Assembly: GCA_013239625.1 (NCBI GenBank)
Contig: MU053810.1
Span: 558,001-622,000 of the forward strand
Origin: Lama guanicoe
Lineage: Eukaryota
Direction of reading: 5' to 3'
DNA: 64,000 nucleotides
Shown here: piece after piece, positions 42,706 to 54,915 of the stretch
How positions within the stretch are numbered: the stretch's first letter is position 1
How the letters are laid out: each line of letters starts with the position of its first letter
Notes under the pieces: generated by a model
What the model was told of the DNA's origin: nothing
Database searches by the model: none
The model's input: only the letters and a program-made list of their open reading frames with translations
Made by a program: the position numbers and the translations under genes

Positions 42706-44126
42706 AGAAACCAAGAGATCTGGGGGAAAAAAAAGACGCTGTGCTTTTATTTTTTTTTTTCTAGTTCAATATACAACCTTGGTAGCCGCCCCCATTAAAT
42801 AGACTTTTGTAATTCTATTGATGTACAGGAGTAGCACCAAGTTACACGATTTATAAGGCTTGAGGAAGGAAGGATGCCGTTAGATGTATACGGATAAAAG
42901 GGATGTGAATCATACAGAAATGGTAAATCAATACCCTCATGCACACATTTCAGATGTGAATCACAAATCTATTGCTGTGGCCAGAACAACCTGAAAGTTG
43001 ATTCTGAAAGACATTAAGAGTTGCCAGTAAAAGTAGCAAGGGTGTCCTGGGGCCCTGGTACTTGCCCCATTTCTGCGAAAAACAGTGTCATGGCGTGGGA
43101 GATGTGAGAGCCTCTGAAGCAAACTGCGTAAAGCTGTGGGATTTGCTGCTGTTTAGTTATACTTCCAGCATTAAGCTTAATTTCAGAGTCAGGGAGTGTG
43201 TTGGTGATCTCTAGAAATCCCCAAAGTCCCTGGTGTCGGTAAGTTCCTTCTATCAAAGTTAAAGTACTCCGTAAGTACCACAGAGAAATAACATCATATG
43301 GCAGCAGGGACTTTTAGTGGCAAAGCTGATCCACCAGGGGACTGAAATCCCCATGTCAAACACCCAGAGTTCATTAAAAATATTAAGGTATCACTGCAAG
43401 AACAATTTTGGAAGAAAAAAAAAAGATAATGTGGCCAAATAGATCACAAATCAATTTCATTGTCGCTATAACTCCTTAACTTAATAATACTGCGCTAAAG
43501 GATCGTACACCCAGAGGGCTGTATTTAATAGCGCCTGCACTTAAGGATAATGGGTTAAGCACTGATCTTGAAAAACACAAATCAGGAATAATAGAGTTTT
43601 GCTACAGTGTTTGTTGAAACGTTTTTCACAGTGGCTGGAAGGCAGCACCAGAGATGACATAACAAGAAAATACAGGGAGTCACAGGACTTTGAATAAAGA
43701 AGGGAAAATTAATGGAAGTGACTTGCGTCAAGAAAATTGGGAGGTAATGTTGAGGTAATCCATCGGCAGCTATCAGTTCAGACTCAAGAACTTTTCCTGG
43801 GTAGAGCCAGTTAATTAGAAAGAGTAGAGTCTGAAAAAAATCTGGATCAGGAGGAGTCCACTCTGCATTCAGGCCTAACCAAAGCGTAACATCATCGTAC
43901 TTTTAGGGACAATAAAGTTACTTGTGGGATTCACATGCTGATGCACAAGTCCTCTGGCCGTTCCATGTGTTCCAGATTAAACTCTCCTTTGTACTCATCA
44001 ATCCTAACATCTCAGAGGAAGACAGTCTTTTCGTGGTACCTTGTGGATGGAGGAGAGAGTGGAGGGAGCAGGCCTTTCTTTTTATGGCAATTTTCTTAAA
44101 AGGAAGTAGTATTTCTTCAAAGGACA

Positions 44127-44231
44127 TCATCTGCTGAAGGTCTTGGTGAGGACCTCCTCGTGCTGCTGTTGGTGAACAGTGCCAACTCCCACGGCAGGCA
44201 CCGGCAAAGTGGGTCGGCTCACAAGATGGAG
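44127..44231 (-). CDS. DHTKD1: DHTKD1 (2-oxoadipate dehydrogenase E1) exon 17, last coding exon
   Basis: [34 protein letters not shown] then TGA; 105 nt. Confidence 0.92.
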   Translation of the reverse strand, partial: LHLVSRPTLPVPAVGVGTVHQQQHEEVLTKTFSR

Positions 44232-44951
44232 CTGTTATCGGAGCAGAAAAGACATAAAATGACATTTTTGACTCTGCCTAGCTTACCCAAGGAGGGGCCT
44301 GTATTTCTCTGAACCTGTTTAACCATAAATCACCTTTGGGAAAACAATGGCTTAACGTAAAATAGACTTCAGGGAGATATATGTCACGATGAAAAACTAA
44401 ATTCCAGGCATGAGAAGGTGAGACAGATTGTTGAATTTTTCCCATTCTTAAGTGACTGTTAGTTGGCTTTAGCTGTAGGGTTTCCCAAATTGGAACTGTT
44501 TACAAGTGAAAATGATTTGAGCGGCATAAACTGCTATCTGGTGAACTGAGATCTAATGGAAGCAGAGTAGAAAGATACACAGAAGCAGTTGTTTTTCTCA
44601 TTGTTTTTCTCTTCCTAAAGCACACCCACGAACTTGGCCTCTGATGTCTGCCAGCTCTGCAGGTGGGTCTGGAACAAGTGTAACTATGAAACAAGCCCAC
44701 TCAGCACTCTGTTCCCCACCCAGGGCTGGGATACTGACCTTTGGAACACGAATGCTGAACAAGCTAATAGGAAAGGTAGCCAACACGTAGGGCTTCTAGC
44801 TTTTTGACTATAATCTTTTTTTTTCTTCTCTTTTCTTTTTTTTTTTTTTTACAAAACACTAGTAGGTACACTTACACAGTTTGAGAAACACTCAGCATTT
44901 TATTCTGAAAAAAGGGCCCAAAACTAGGGTTTCTACTTTGGTTTATCTTTA

Positions 44952-45152
<201 letters not shown>

Positions 45153-45289
45153 TCATCTCAGTACCTCAAGTAAATACATACAACATACTACACGCACACA
45201 CACACACATATTTACTATATACATTTTATATACACATGTATGTATACACAGACATATATATATATCCTCAAGTAAATGTATACCTTTCC

Positions 45290-46540
45290 AATACCTTTGC
45301 CTTTTTTTTCTTTCTTGAGAAATGCATAGTCACATATCCATTCCCACAGTCGCGACAGAGAATAATTCTTTCAACCCAACAAGTTCCTTCAACCTGCCGC
45401 TCTGTACTCAACGCTTCCTCCCACCCACAACCTTTGGCAACCACTGATCTTTCCTCTATCCCCACAGTTTCACCTTTTCCAGAACATCAGATAAACGGAG
45501 TCATACAGCAGGTAGCCCTTTGGGTGTGGCTTCCAAGAATTAGCAGAATCCATCGGTGATTTTGGCCAACAGCCGTAGTTCACTCTCTCCTCTTGTAGAG
45601 GAGTACGACATTGTAGGAACGCACAAGGAGATCGTTTCTTCAGTTGCCACTTGAAAGAAGTTTTGGTTGTTTCCAGTTTTGGGCAATTATGAATCAAGCT
45701 GCTATCAACACTCACATACGGATTTTGCCTTTCTCTTGAATAAAGACCTAGTTGTGGGACGGCTGAATGGGATGGTAATTGTCAGTGTGGCTGCGTAAGA
45801 AACTGACAAGCTGTCTTCCAGAGTGGCCATACCAGTTTGTGTTCCCACCAGCCGTGAATGAGGGACCCAGCTGCTCTGCATCCACACTAGTCCTTGATAT
45901 TGTTTTGTCTTCATTTTAGCCAAGGTGAGCTTTTTTTTCAAGTGGAGGTACTGGGATTGAACCCAGGACCTCCTGCATGCGAAGAACATGCTCTACCCCT
46001 GAGGTATACCCAACCCAACCTCCCATTTTAGCCATTCTAATAGGCGTGTAGACATAGCTCATGTTGGCTTAACTTGCATTTCCCTGTCACTAATTATGTC
46101 AAGGATATTTGCCATCTGGTTGTTCGGTAAAATGCCTGTTCAAGTCTTTTTTGCATGTTTTGAAAAACTGAATTATATGTTTTCTCACCACTGAGTTTCC
46201 AGAGCTCTTTAAACATTCTAGATAGTCCTTTGTCAGATACGTATTTGCAAATATTTTCTCCCAGGCTGAAGCTTGTCTTTTTTTAATATCCTCTGCAGTG
46301 GCTTTCACAGGGCAAAAGGTTTTCATTTTGGTAAAATCCAAGTTTTCTTTTCTGGAACATGCTTTGGGTGTTATGTCTGAGAACTTTTTGCTTAACCCAA
46401 GATCACGAAGATTTTCATCCATTTTCTTCTAGACGTTTTATAGTTTTACATTTAGGCCTATGATCAACTTTGAGTTGATTTCTGTATAAGGTGCATTAGG
46501 CATCCAATTATTGCAGCCTCCTTTGTTGAAAAGGCTTATG
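45290..46540 (-). mobile_element. Old LINE-1 3' region with a nested SINE (about 45930-46023)
   Basis: T-rich L1 motifs (tttgcaaatattttctccca); SINE flanked by a cattttagcca duplication. Confidence 0.8.
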
Positions 46541-46821
46541 TTTTACAAATATACTGGACTTACCATAAGTGATAGTATAGCATTGATCCCCTCCAAACAC
46601 AAGAAATTAGATGTCTCAGATGAGAGCAGGGGAGATTGAAAGGGACCCCAAAAAAGACATGGAGACATCGGCTCTAGTTGTAGTCTTTTCATATCTCCAG
46701 ATTTCATGAGATTCAACTCTCTAATAACGCTCACTGCCCTCAAACCATCTTTCATTTGAGATCATTCAGACAGGTTGCAGGGATCGCAAAACCAAAGAGC
46801 CTAAGAAGAAGGACCCTTTAC

Positions 46822-46991
46822 CTCTAACATGTTTGTATTTGCTCATCTCCTGCTGCAGCGAATCCAAGGGGAAGGGGCAGAGTTCTTCTATTCGGACAAT
46901 GGCAAAGTCATGCTTCTTGGCCTCCAGAGATTCCCTTTGCTTCAACAGGGCATAGAAATGTTTGCCACAGCAGAACACTAGACTCTTAACC
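46822..46991 (-). CDS. DHTKD1: DHTKD1 exon 15
   Basis: [56 protein letters not shown]; 170 nt. Confidence 0.96.
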
Positions 46992-47328
46992 CTGTTGGGT
47001 AGAAAAGGGACAATAGGGTGGGGGAGAAATACCTTAAAGAATTGTTTCAGAAGAAAGAGGGGACCCAGGAGATTTAAATGCTTCACCACTAAAGGAGTGG
47101 GGCAGTGTTGTGGGGTTCAATCATGCTGTGCCCTGCCAGACCTTCTTCAGCAACAGATGCCTCCAAAATTCACTCTTCCGTGCATATTCTAACTACTACC
47201 CCATGGACTTACAGGACATATCAGGACAGAGGAGATTTGGGTCGCTTGGGTTCCTTAACATGAACTAGTTTTTCCACTAATTACAAGTCTACTGCAGAGT
47301 ATGAAAACAGAGAGCCACATCAAGTTAC

Positions 47329-47411
47329 TTTTTGGGATCCACAGATGAATCACCAATCACTGGCTTGAATGTTGTTCCTGGTGCCATTTCTTGAAGAGAT
47401 GACACAGCTGC
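47329..47411 (-). CDS. DHTKD1: DHTKD1 exon 14
   Basis: AAVSSLQEMAPGTTFKPVIGDSSVDPK; 83 nt; phases match both neighbours. Confidence 0.95.
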
Positions 47412-47415
47412 CTAA

Positions 47416-47660
47416 GGAGGGGGAGGGATAAATTAGGAGTTTGGGATTAGCAGATACAAACGACTATATACAGAATAGGTAAACAAGGTCCTACTGTGTA
47501 GCACAGGGAACTATACTCAATATCTTGTAATAGCCTATAATAGAAAAGAATCTGAAAAAGAACATAAATACATACACACATACACATGTATCTCAATCAC
47601 TCAGCTGTACACCTGAAACTAACACAACGTTGGAAATCAACTATACTTCAATAAAGAAAT
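47416..47660 (+). mobile_element. 5'-truncated LINE-1 3' UTR abutting the DHTKD1 exon 14 acceptor
   Basis: Colinear with sibling copies at about 54676-54915 and 33845-34060; ends ...ctatacttcaataaa. Confidence 0.85.
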
Positions 47661-47810
47661 AGAGAGAAAGAGGGAGAGAAAGCAGCACAGCCCACTAAAA
47701 GAAAGGGATGTTTCTGTCATTTAGAACTACAATTAGATACAGAAAATAGAGGAAAGGCAGAAAAAAGATGCCGAGAGGAGAAAGACTGACTAACCAGCTT
47801 TTTCACTTAC

Positions 47811-47975
47811 AGGGAGCCTGAGCAGGGTCTTCGGAGAAGCAACGATGAGGGGCTTCCGGAAGTTGCGGACCATCTGTCTCCGGAGCAGGTGGAAGTACTG
47901 CGCAGGAGTGGTGGGGTGAACCACGAACATGTTCACGGTGTCCCCGTCGACCCCCTCTTCCACACTGTCACACAT
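47811..47975 (-). CDS. DHTKD1: DHTKD1 exon 13
   Basis: [55 protein letters not shown]; 165 nt. Confidence 0.97.
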
Positions 47976-48832
47976 CTGGGAGAGAAGAGAAAGGAAGGAC
48001 GTTCGGCTAACTTCATCACAACGGCACATACTCTTCTGAGGGGAACCCAGGGCTCTCGATTAGCGGGAGAAAAGATGTATCTCTTCATTACGGGAAAAAA
48101 ACCCAAAAATCACCAGAAGGTAAATTTAGGACCTGTGACAAATTCACCAGGAGAGGCCTGCTGGCTCTCTGCTGGATGATAATAAGAATAATAAACAGCA
48201 ACCACGTAGAAGTGTGGATTATTGTTGTAAGCATTTATAGACATTGACTCTTGATGCCTCACAGTAATCCTATGAAGTAGGTCTGATAAAATTATCAAGG
48301 TGGACTTGGTAATTTTAATGTATATGTAGGTGATCCTTCCAACAGCCTGGCTTCTTGATTCCTTAAACTCATGTCCTCCAATCAGTCTGGCCTCCCTCCT
48401 ACCTCAACAGCCCCTCCCACTGCAATATTCTGGTTTCAATAACAGGGACCTCTACATGAGCTCTGCTTTATGGAATCCACTCTGAACACCACTCCTACCT
48501 TTCCAGTTCAATCCCCTTTAACACTCTGACTGCATCAAGCCTTCAGCCTCATCAATGCCTCCAACCCAAGGATCCTAGCATCTTTTCAGTGGCCTTTACC
48601 CTACATGTCCTCTCCCCTCCTTACTTAACCAAAATTCTAGTCAGTCATGAACAATCATTCTTTTGTGTACACCCTTAACTCCCTTCACCCTTTCTTACGC
48701 CAAACCACAGCCCTAGTTAATCCCAACTTCCCACCTGTCCCACACTTGCACCTATGCAGGGAATGAAGCTGGAGAAAACACACAAGCACACAGATGGATC
48801 TCACTTTAAAATCTTGACCAAGAATCTCAAGT

Positions 48833-49035
48833 GGCGGGCAGGGAGGGTAGAGCTCACTGATAGAGCTCATGCTTAGCATGCACGAGGTTCTGGGTTCAAT
48901 CTCCAGCACCTCCATTAAAAAATAAGCAAACAAATAAATAAACCTAAATACTTCCCCCCCGCAAAAAAAAATCTAATAAACAAATTAATAAAAGTATAGA
49001 CAGGCACCAAATACTAAAAATAATTTTTTAAAGAA
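48833..49035 (+). mobile_element. tRNA-derived SINE (Vic-1-like) inside an L2-like remnant
   Basis: SINE body; aagaat..aagtgg flanks. Confidence 0.83.
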
Positions 49036-49676
49036 AGAATTTTAAGTGGGCCCTCAATGCCCTTAGACTTACTATCCTCTGTTTCCCTAATTCACTCATT
49101 CTCCTCCTCTTCAGGTGACTATTTCACCTGATAAACCCAGGATCTCCTCCTTCATCATCATTTCCGCTAATAACCCAAGAGTATTTCCTCAGACCTTTAC
49201 TACAACACCCACCACTTTCTAGCTCTGCCTTCAGGTTATTACCACAGATGACGTGCCATGCTCCTGTCTAGAGCAGATCCAATCCCTTATGGACAGAAGG
49301 ATGGTAGATGGACAGGTATGTGACAGGACAAATATAATAAAATATTAATAGCAGAATGGAGAGAGTGGGCATATGAATATTCATTGAACAATTTTTCAAC
49401 TTTCCTGTACGTTTGAAAGTTTTCATAAGAAAACATTAGGTAGTAATAGGCATAAAGAGGCAATGGTAGTGATTCTTATCAAAAGGTAACAATGGTGATT
49501 TCTGGGTTGTTACCTAAAATTTTTTAATAGTCACAGATCATTTTATAAAAATACTATCATTACTCGGATCTGGGGTTGGTCCCTGTATCTCTGTTTATAA
49601 AAAGCTCCTTAGATGATTGTGATGATCATCTTGGTTCAGGAAACACTGATCTTTGCCGCAGAACAACAACTTTCGA

Positions 49677-51043
49677 CTCCTTCCCTCCCTCCAGCCGGCC
49701 TGGGTGCGTGGGCGGCGCGGCGGCCCGGCCCGGGCGGGGGCGGGGCGGCCTGGGGGAGGGGCGGGGGCAGCGGTGGGGGCGGCGGCCCGCGCCCCCAGCC
49801 CCCGCCCGCTGAGTCCCGGGGGCCCCGCCGTGGCCGAGGCCATGCTCTCCGTGTTCCCTTGCACGCTGCTGACTCCCCCTTCCCCAGGCCGGGCCTGGAT
49901 TCCCGGGGGGTGGGCGGCCTCCTGAACTCCTTCGCGCCAGCTCAGGGTCACGCTCAGAGCCCCCTGCGGGTCGGGTCTGAGCTCCAGTCCCGCTTCTTTG
50001 CCCCCCAGGGCTGCGCCCAGGGTCCCTTCCAGGCCGCGCCCCTCCAGGTGGGCTGCTCCCGGTTCTCGCCGCCGCGGCCGTGGGCGCCCTCCCGTGCGTC
50101 TCAGCCACTCCCCTCCCAGCCCCGCTGAGCTCCGAGCTGGGGGGGAGGGGGAGGGGAGGACGGAGGGAAGTTCCTGGACACCATCTCCTCTTCCCCCTCT
50201 CTCCTCACCGACGCCTCACTACCCCCCCCCCAACCGCGGAGCCTCCAGAAGGGAGGGAGGAAGAGTGTTTTCTTAGGGGAATTCACTAGGTTTTAACGAG
50301 TTGTTTCTCCTGCTCCTTTCTCCTCCCCATCAGACCTGACCGCACACACACCTGTCCCCTCGGCTGTGTTGAAGCCCCCTGGACAGTGAGTGGGCAGGGG
50401 TGGCAGAGGACAGGAGCAGCCACTGCCCTCACTCCCTCTCCTCTCTGTAACCCCCTGCCTCGAAGGTCCTTCTTGCTCTCCTCCTTCCAGTGCCCACCTC
50501 CACTGTCTGCTGCCCCTCCCTGGGGAGTTGGTGCTTTTTTTTTTTTCCAGGGGGAGGGAGGAGAGGAAGGAGGGGAAGCAAAGATTCTGTCCCAGAGAGG
50601 GTTAAGGTGAGATCTGAGAAGGGGCAGAAGCAGGGAAGGCAAAGATTGTACCTTCATAAGGTCGGGGTTGTTTGGGGTGAGGCCCTAAACATCATCCTAC
50701 TTGAGCATCTGTCAGGGGAAAACAAGTCAAGGGGAGCAAAAGAAGGAGCCACTAGGGCCAGAGACAGGACAAGAGATGGAATCTTAGGGGGCCAGGGTAA
50801 ATGGGGGGATTCAGGGACTAGAGGTGCTTCCTGGGGGTGGGGGGAATGCAGCTGCGGTGTCTCCCCCTTCCCTCCTCCACCCCAGCTCCAGCCCTGGCCT
50901 TTTCTTTTCATCCCTCTCCCTCCCCCACGACAGAAGCTGTGGCCCTGGCCATGTCATCGTGTTCCTGTGTCTCCTGCATGTTCCCAACCCTTCACCTCCC
51001 ATTTTGTGCAGAGCCCATTACAATACATTAAAAAAAAAAAAAA
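49677..51043 (+). pseudogene. MAZ: Processed pseudogene of MAZ (MYC-associated zinc finger), internally deleted, in DHTKD1 intron 12 and antisense to the host
   Basis: GC-rich leader; ATG at 49842 gives MLSVFPCTLL; after a frameshift GLDSRGVGGLLNSF..QGHAQSPL.VG.ELQSRFFA.QGCAQ.PFQAAP matches the MAZ N-terminus; SQPLPSQP then stop (50128) matches the MAZ C-terminus; about 0.9 kb 3' UTR-like sequence; A14 tail at 51030-51043; AACTTTCGA direct repeats at 49668 and 51042. Confidence 0.92.
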
Positions 51044-51050
51044 CTTTCGA

Positions 51051-51160
51051 GGGGTGGGTATGGCTCAGTGGTAGAGCCCGTGCTTAGCATGCACAAGGTC
51101 CTGGGTTCAATCCCCGGTACCTCCACTTAAAAAAAAAGGGGGGGGGGAGGAAATTGGAAA
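51051..51160 (+). mobile_element. tRNA-derived SINE directly after the MAZ retrocopy
   Basis: ggggtgggtatggctcagtggtagag...gggttcaatccccggtacctcc; aactttc on both sides. Confidence 0.88.
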
Positions 51161-51260
51161 GAAAAAAACAACTTTCATTGCCATAAAACGAATGGTGACA
51201 TGAACATACCCGAGACATCACATTTCCAAGGAGTATTGATTGACAATCGCATTAAGTCTA

Positions 51261-51593
<333 letters not shown>

Positions 51594-51611
51594 CTACTTA
51601 GGAGGAAAAAA

Positions 51612-52072
51612 CAGACCTGCTTCGGAGATACTGCAGCTTCCGGTCCACGCCCCCATAACAAAGCGAGCCACATGAGTGGTTTGGTTTCCCAGCGTGTATA
51701 AAATTTATGTGTATGCTTTACTATGGTCTATTAAGTGTGCAAGCGCATTATGTCTGAAAAAAAAATGTATAGACCTTAATGAAGAGATACTTGATTGCTA
51801 AAAACTGCTAAGCATCACCTGAGCCTTCAGCCAATCTTTCTGCAATAGTGACATCAGAGATCACTGATCAGGGATCACCAACAGATATAATACTAGGAAA
51901 AAGCTTAAACTGTTGTGAGAATTAACCACAACGTGACACAGAGACACGAAGTGAGCAAATGCTGTTGGAAAAATGATGCTGACAGATTTGTTCGAGGCAG
52001 TGTGGCCAGAAATCTGCAGTTCATGAAAAAAAAAACAGTCTCTGCAAAGTGCAGTAAGGTGAGGTCTGCCTG
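51612..52072. mobile_element. Internally deleted Tigger1-like DNA transposon
   Basis: Ends cagacctgcttcggagatactgc... and ...gaggtctgcctg resemble recalled Tigger1 termini. Confidence 0.65.
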
Positions 52073-52888
52073 GATCCATCATCCTGGTTGGATCCCTCTA
52101 GGGTCTTGTGTGCGGGGCTTCAGTTAAGTGGAAGACAAACTACAGGGTGAATGTCCCAGCTTGGAGGATGGCAGGTGTGGCCCCACCTCGGGCACCATTC
52201 TGGGCAGCTCCCACCTTGTCTTACAGCACTGCTTGCAACACAGGCCCCTGTCCTCAGGCAGAGGGCACAGACTCTTTAGAACAGCCTCTGCACATGTCAA
52301 AGTCCAGTCTCTTCCAGGCACTTTTCTTCCTCCCACCCAAGTTACAGAGAAGCAACCACAGGAAGGATCTGAGGGTCACATTCAAAATCCAAGAGTGGCT
52401 ACCCCTGGAAAATGTGAAGAGGGTCTGGAGGAGACTCAGACTTGTACTTTCTATCCTTGGAATTTTGACAGTAAGCAGGTCAGTGACGGTTAATACTAAA
52501 GACACATAACTTCCAACTTTCAGATACCTGAGTGTCCCTGGGTTAAGGGAAGCGGATTTTTAAAGCTGCCATTTGCTCTAATCACAAACCCTCATGGGGT
52601 CACACTGCCTGCTTGTTACTCATGCAGTGGCTACTCAGCGTACCTCAAGAGCGGACCCCGAAGTCAGCCCTCTCAGGAGCTGGCAAGTCCATGCCCTTTC
52701 CCCTACAGACAAGCACATCCCCCAGGAGACACAGCCCTTCTGCTGACGGAGGACTGAAATGCTCTTCCCAGCAGCTTCTGTACCTGTCTGATAGCTGCCA
52801 CGCCCCAGCAGAAGCGAGGACATCCCTCCCCAGCTCTCGGGGCTGGGGCTGCTGTGAAACATAGCTGTGGCCCCTATTCAGTCCTCTA

Positions 52889-53245
<357 letters not shown>

Positions 53246-53859
53246 CTACTCTCTGTGAGTGATGTGTGGGGAAAATTGGGGCAAAAAGAGGGAGACATAA
53301 AAAAAAGGCTGGAATGTGGGCATTACAGATTTTCTTGAAGGAGGAGCAAAACTAACTTCTCCGCTGACCCACCTTTGGAGCTGAGAGTAAAATGGTGTCA
53401 TACGAGCTTTTTAAAAAATGTCACAAAACAAAGTGGGGGAAAAGTTATCCCAAAAGGCCTACTTTGGGTTAGAAACCATTATTCTAATATCCTGTTTGCG
53501 TGATAAAGCGAAAGAATTATCACCGTATGTTAAGATTAAAAAAGCAGAACATAACATTACATCTCTGAGAAGGCTAAAGAGATGTGACCGTTAAAGGCGC
53601 CATGACTCTCAACTGGGTTTGCGGACCAGATGGAGTCCTGTCCGTCCTGACGTGGCTGACGCAGGAGTGATGTAGGAGAATGACCTAGTTTGTGGGAAAT
53701 ACACATTTAGGACATCAGGTTGCCAACCTGCTGTTTCCATCTGGATGTCACAGTTGTCTCAGAATGAGGAAAAGCTCCTTTTGCATTATACATCCAACTT
53801 TTTTGTACTTTTGTGTGTGTTTCCAAATTTTTCTAAAAAATATTTTTAAAATTTACATA

Positions 53860-54245
53860 TTTATAAAATACTATTTGGCAATAAAGGGGGATGAAATACT
53901 GACATGCGCTATGACTAGACGGGCCATGAAAACACGAGGCTAATCGAAAGAATCCCGTGACAAAAAGCTACGTATTGTGTAAGTCCACTCATATAAAAAG
54001 GCCAAAATAGGTGAATCAACAGAAACAGAAAGGAGATGAGTGGTTTTGGGGGGTTGGGGGAGGAAGGAATGGGTTGTGACTGCTGGTGGGTATGAGGTTT
54101 CTTTTGGGGGAGATGAAAAATGTTCTAAAATTAGATAGTAAGGATGGTTGTGTAACTCAATACACTAAAAAACACTTAATTGTGCACACTGAAACACTGG
54201 ATTCTATGAGTTTTATCTCAATAAAGTTTTATTAAAAAAAAAAAA
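53860..54245 (+). mobile_element. Old LINE-1 3' end
   Basis: L1M-type 3' UTR motifs ending tatctcaataaa and an A run. Confidence 0.7.
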
Positions 54246-54675
54246 CTCTGGAAAAAAATTTCCTCCCCACTGTGGTTACAGCCTATGAAACATGGGATTT
54301 GTTGGGTTCAACACTCAGTGACAACAATGAAAAATGAAAACAGATAGTTTCTTGGTGTGGCGGGATTGTGCAGTTTACCTCTTCTGATTTCTGTTTGATT
54401 TCAGTTACAATCCATGTAATACATCAATTTTTAAAGGTTGCTGCACTTCTCAGGCCCACATGTGTGTCGTCAATGTGGTTTTTCCTGCCGACTTCACTTG
54501 CGTCCCTGTGTCTTCACCTCCTTCCTCATCTCCCTTCCCCACCCGCTGATGTTACTCTAATCCGTCCCTTCTTTCTGCTTCTTTTCCTCACCTGGCTTCA
54601 TCAACTAACTGCTCTTTCCTGAACCTCTCCTCACTGGCTTTCTCCTGTCAGATGAGCAACCAAAAACTTTAAAAT

Positions 54676-54915
54676 GGAGGTGGGGAGGGATAAATGAGGA
54701 GTTTGGGATTAAGGATACACACTACTATACATAATAGAGATAAGCAACAAGGACCTACTGTACAGCACAGGGAGCTATATTCAATACCTTACAATAACCT
54801 ACAATAGAAAAGAATCTGAAAAAGAATATATATGTATATACAGAACTGAATCACTTTGCTGTACACCAGAAACTAACACAACATTGTAAATCAACTGTAC
54901 TTCAATTTAAAAATT
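54676..54915 (+). mobile_element. LINE-1 3' UTR fragment
   Basis: Same family as 47416-47660. Confidence 0.8.

Noticed and set aside
44127..44140. DHTKD1 C-terminus TFSR as a possible peroxisomal signal
   Set aside because: Does not fit the PTS1 pattern [SAC][KRH][LM]; it is only one residue longer than the recalled human end
49595..51087. Many ORFs in both orientations
   Set aside because: Explained by the GC-rich MAZ retrocopy; the true ATG frame ends after 27 codons, so an intact retrogene is not supported
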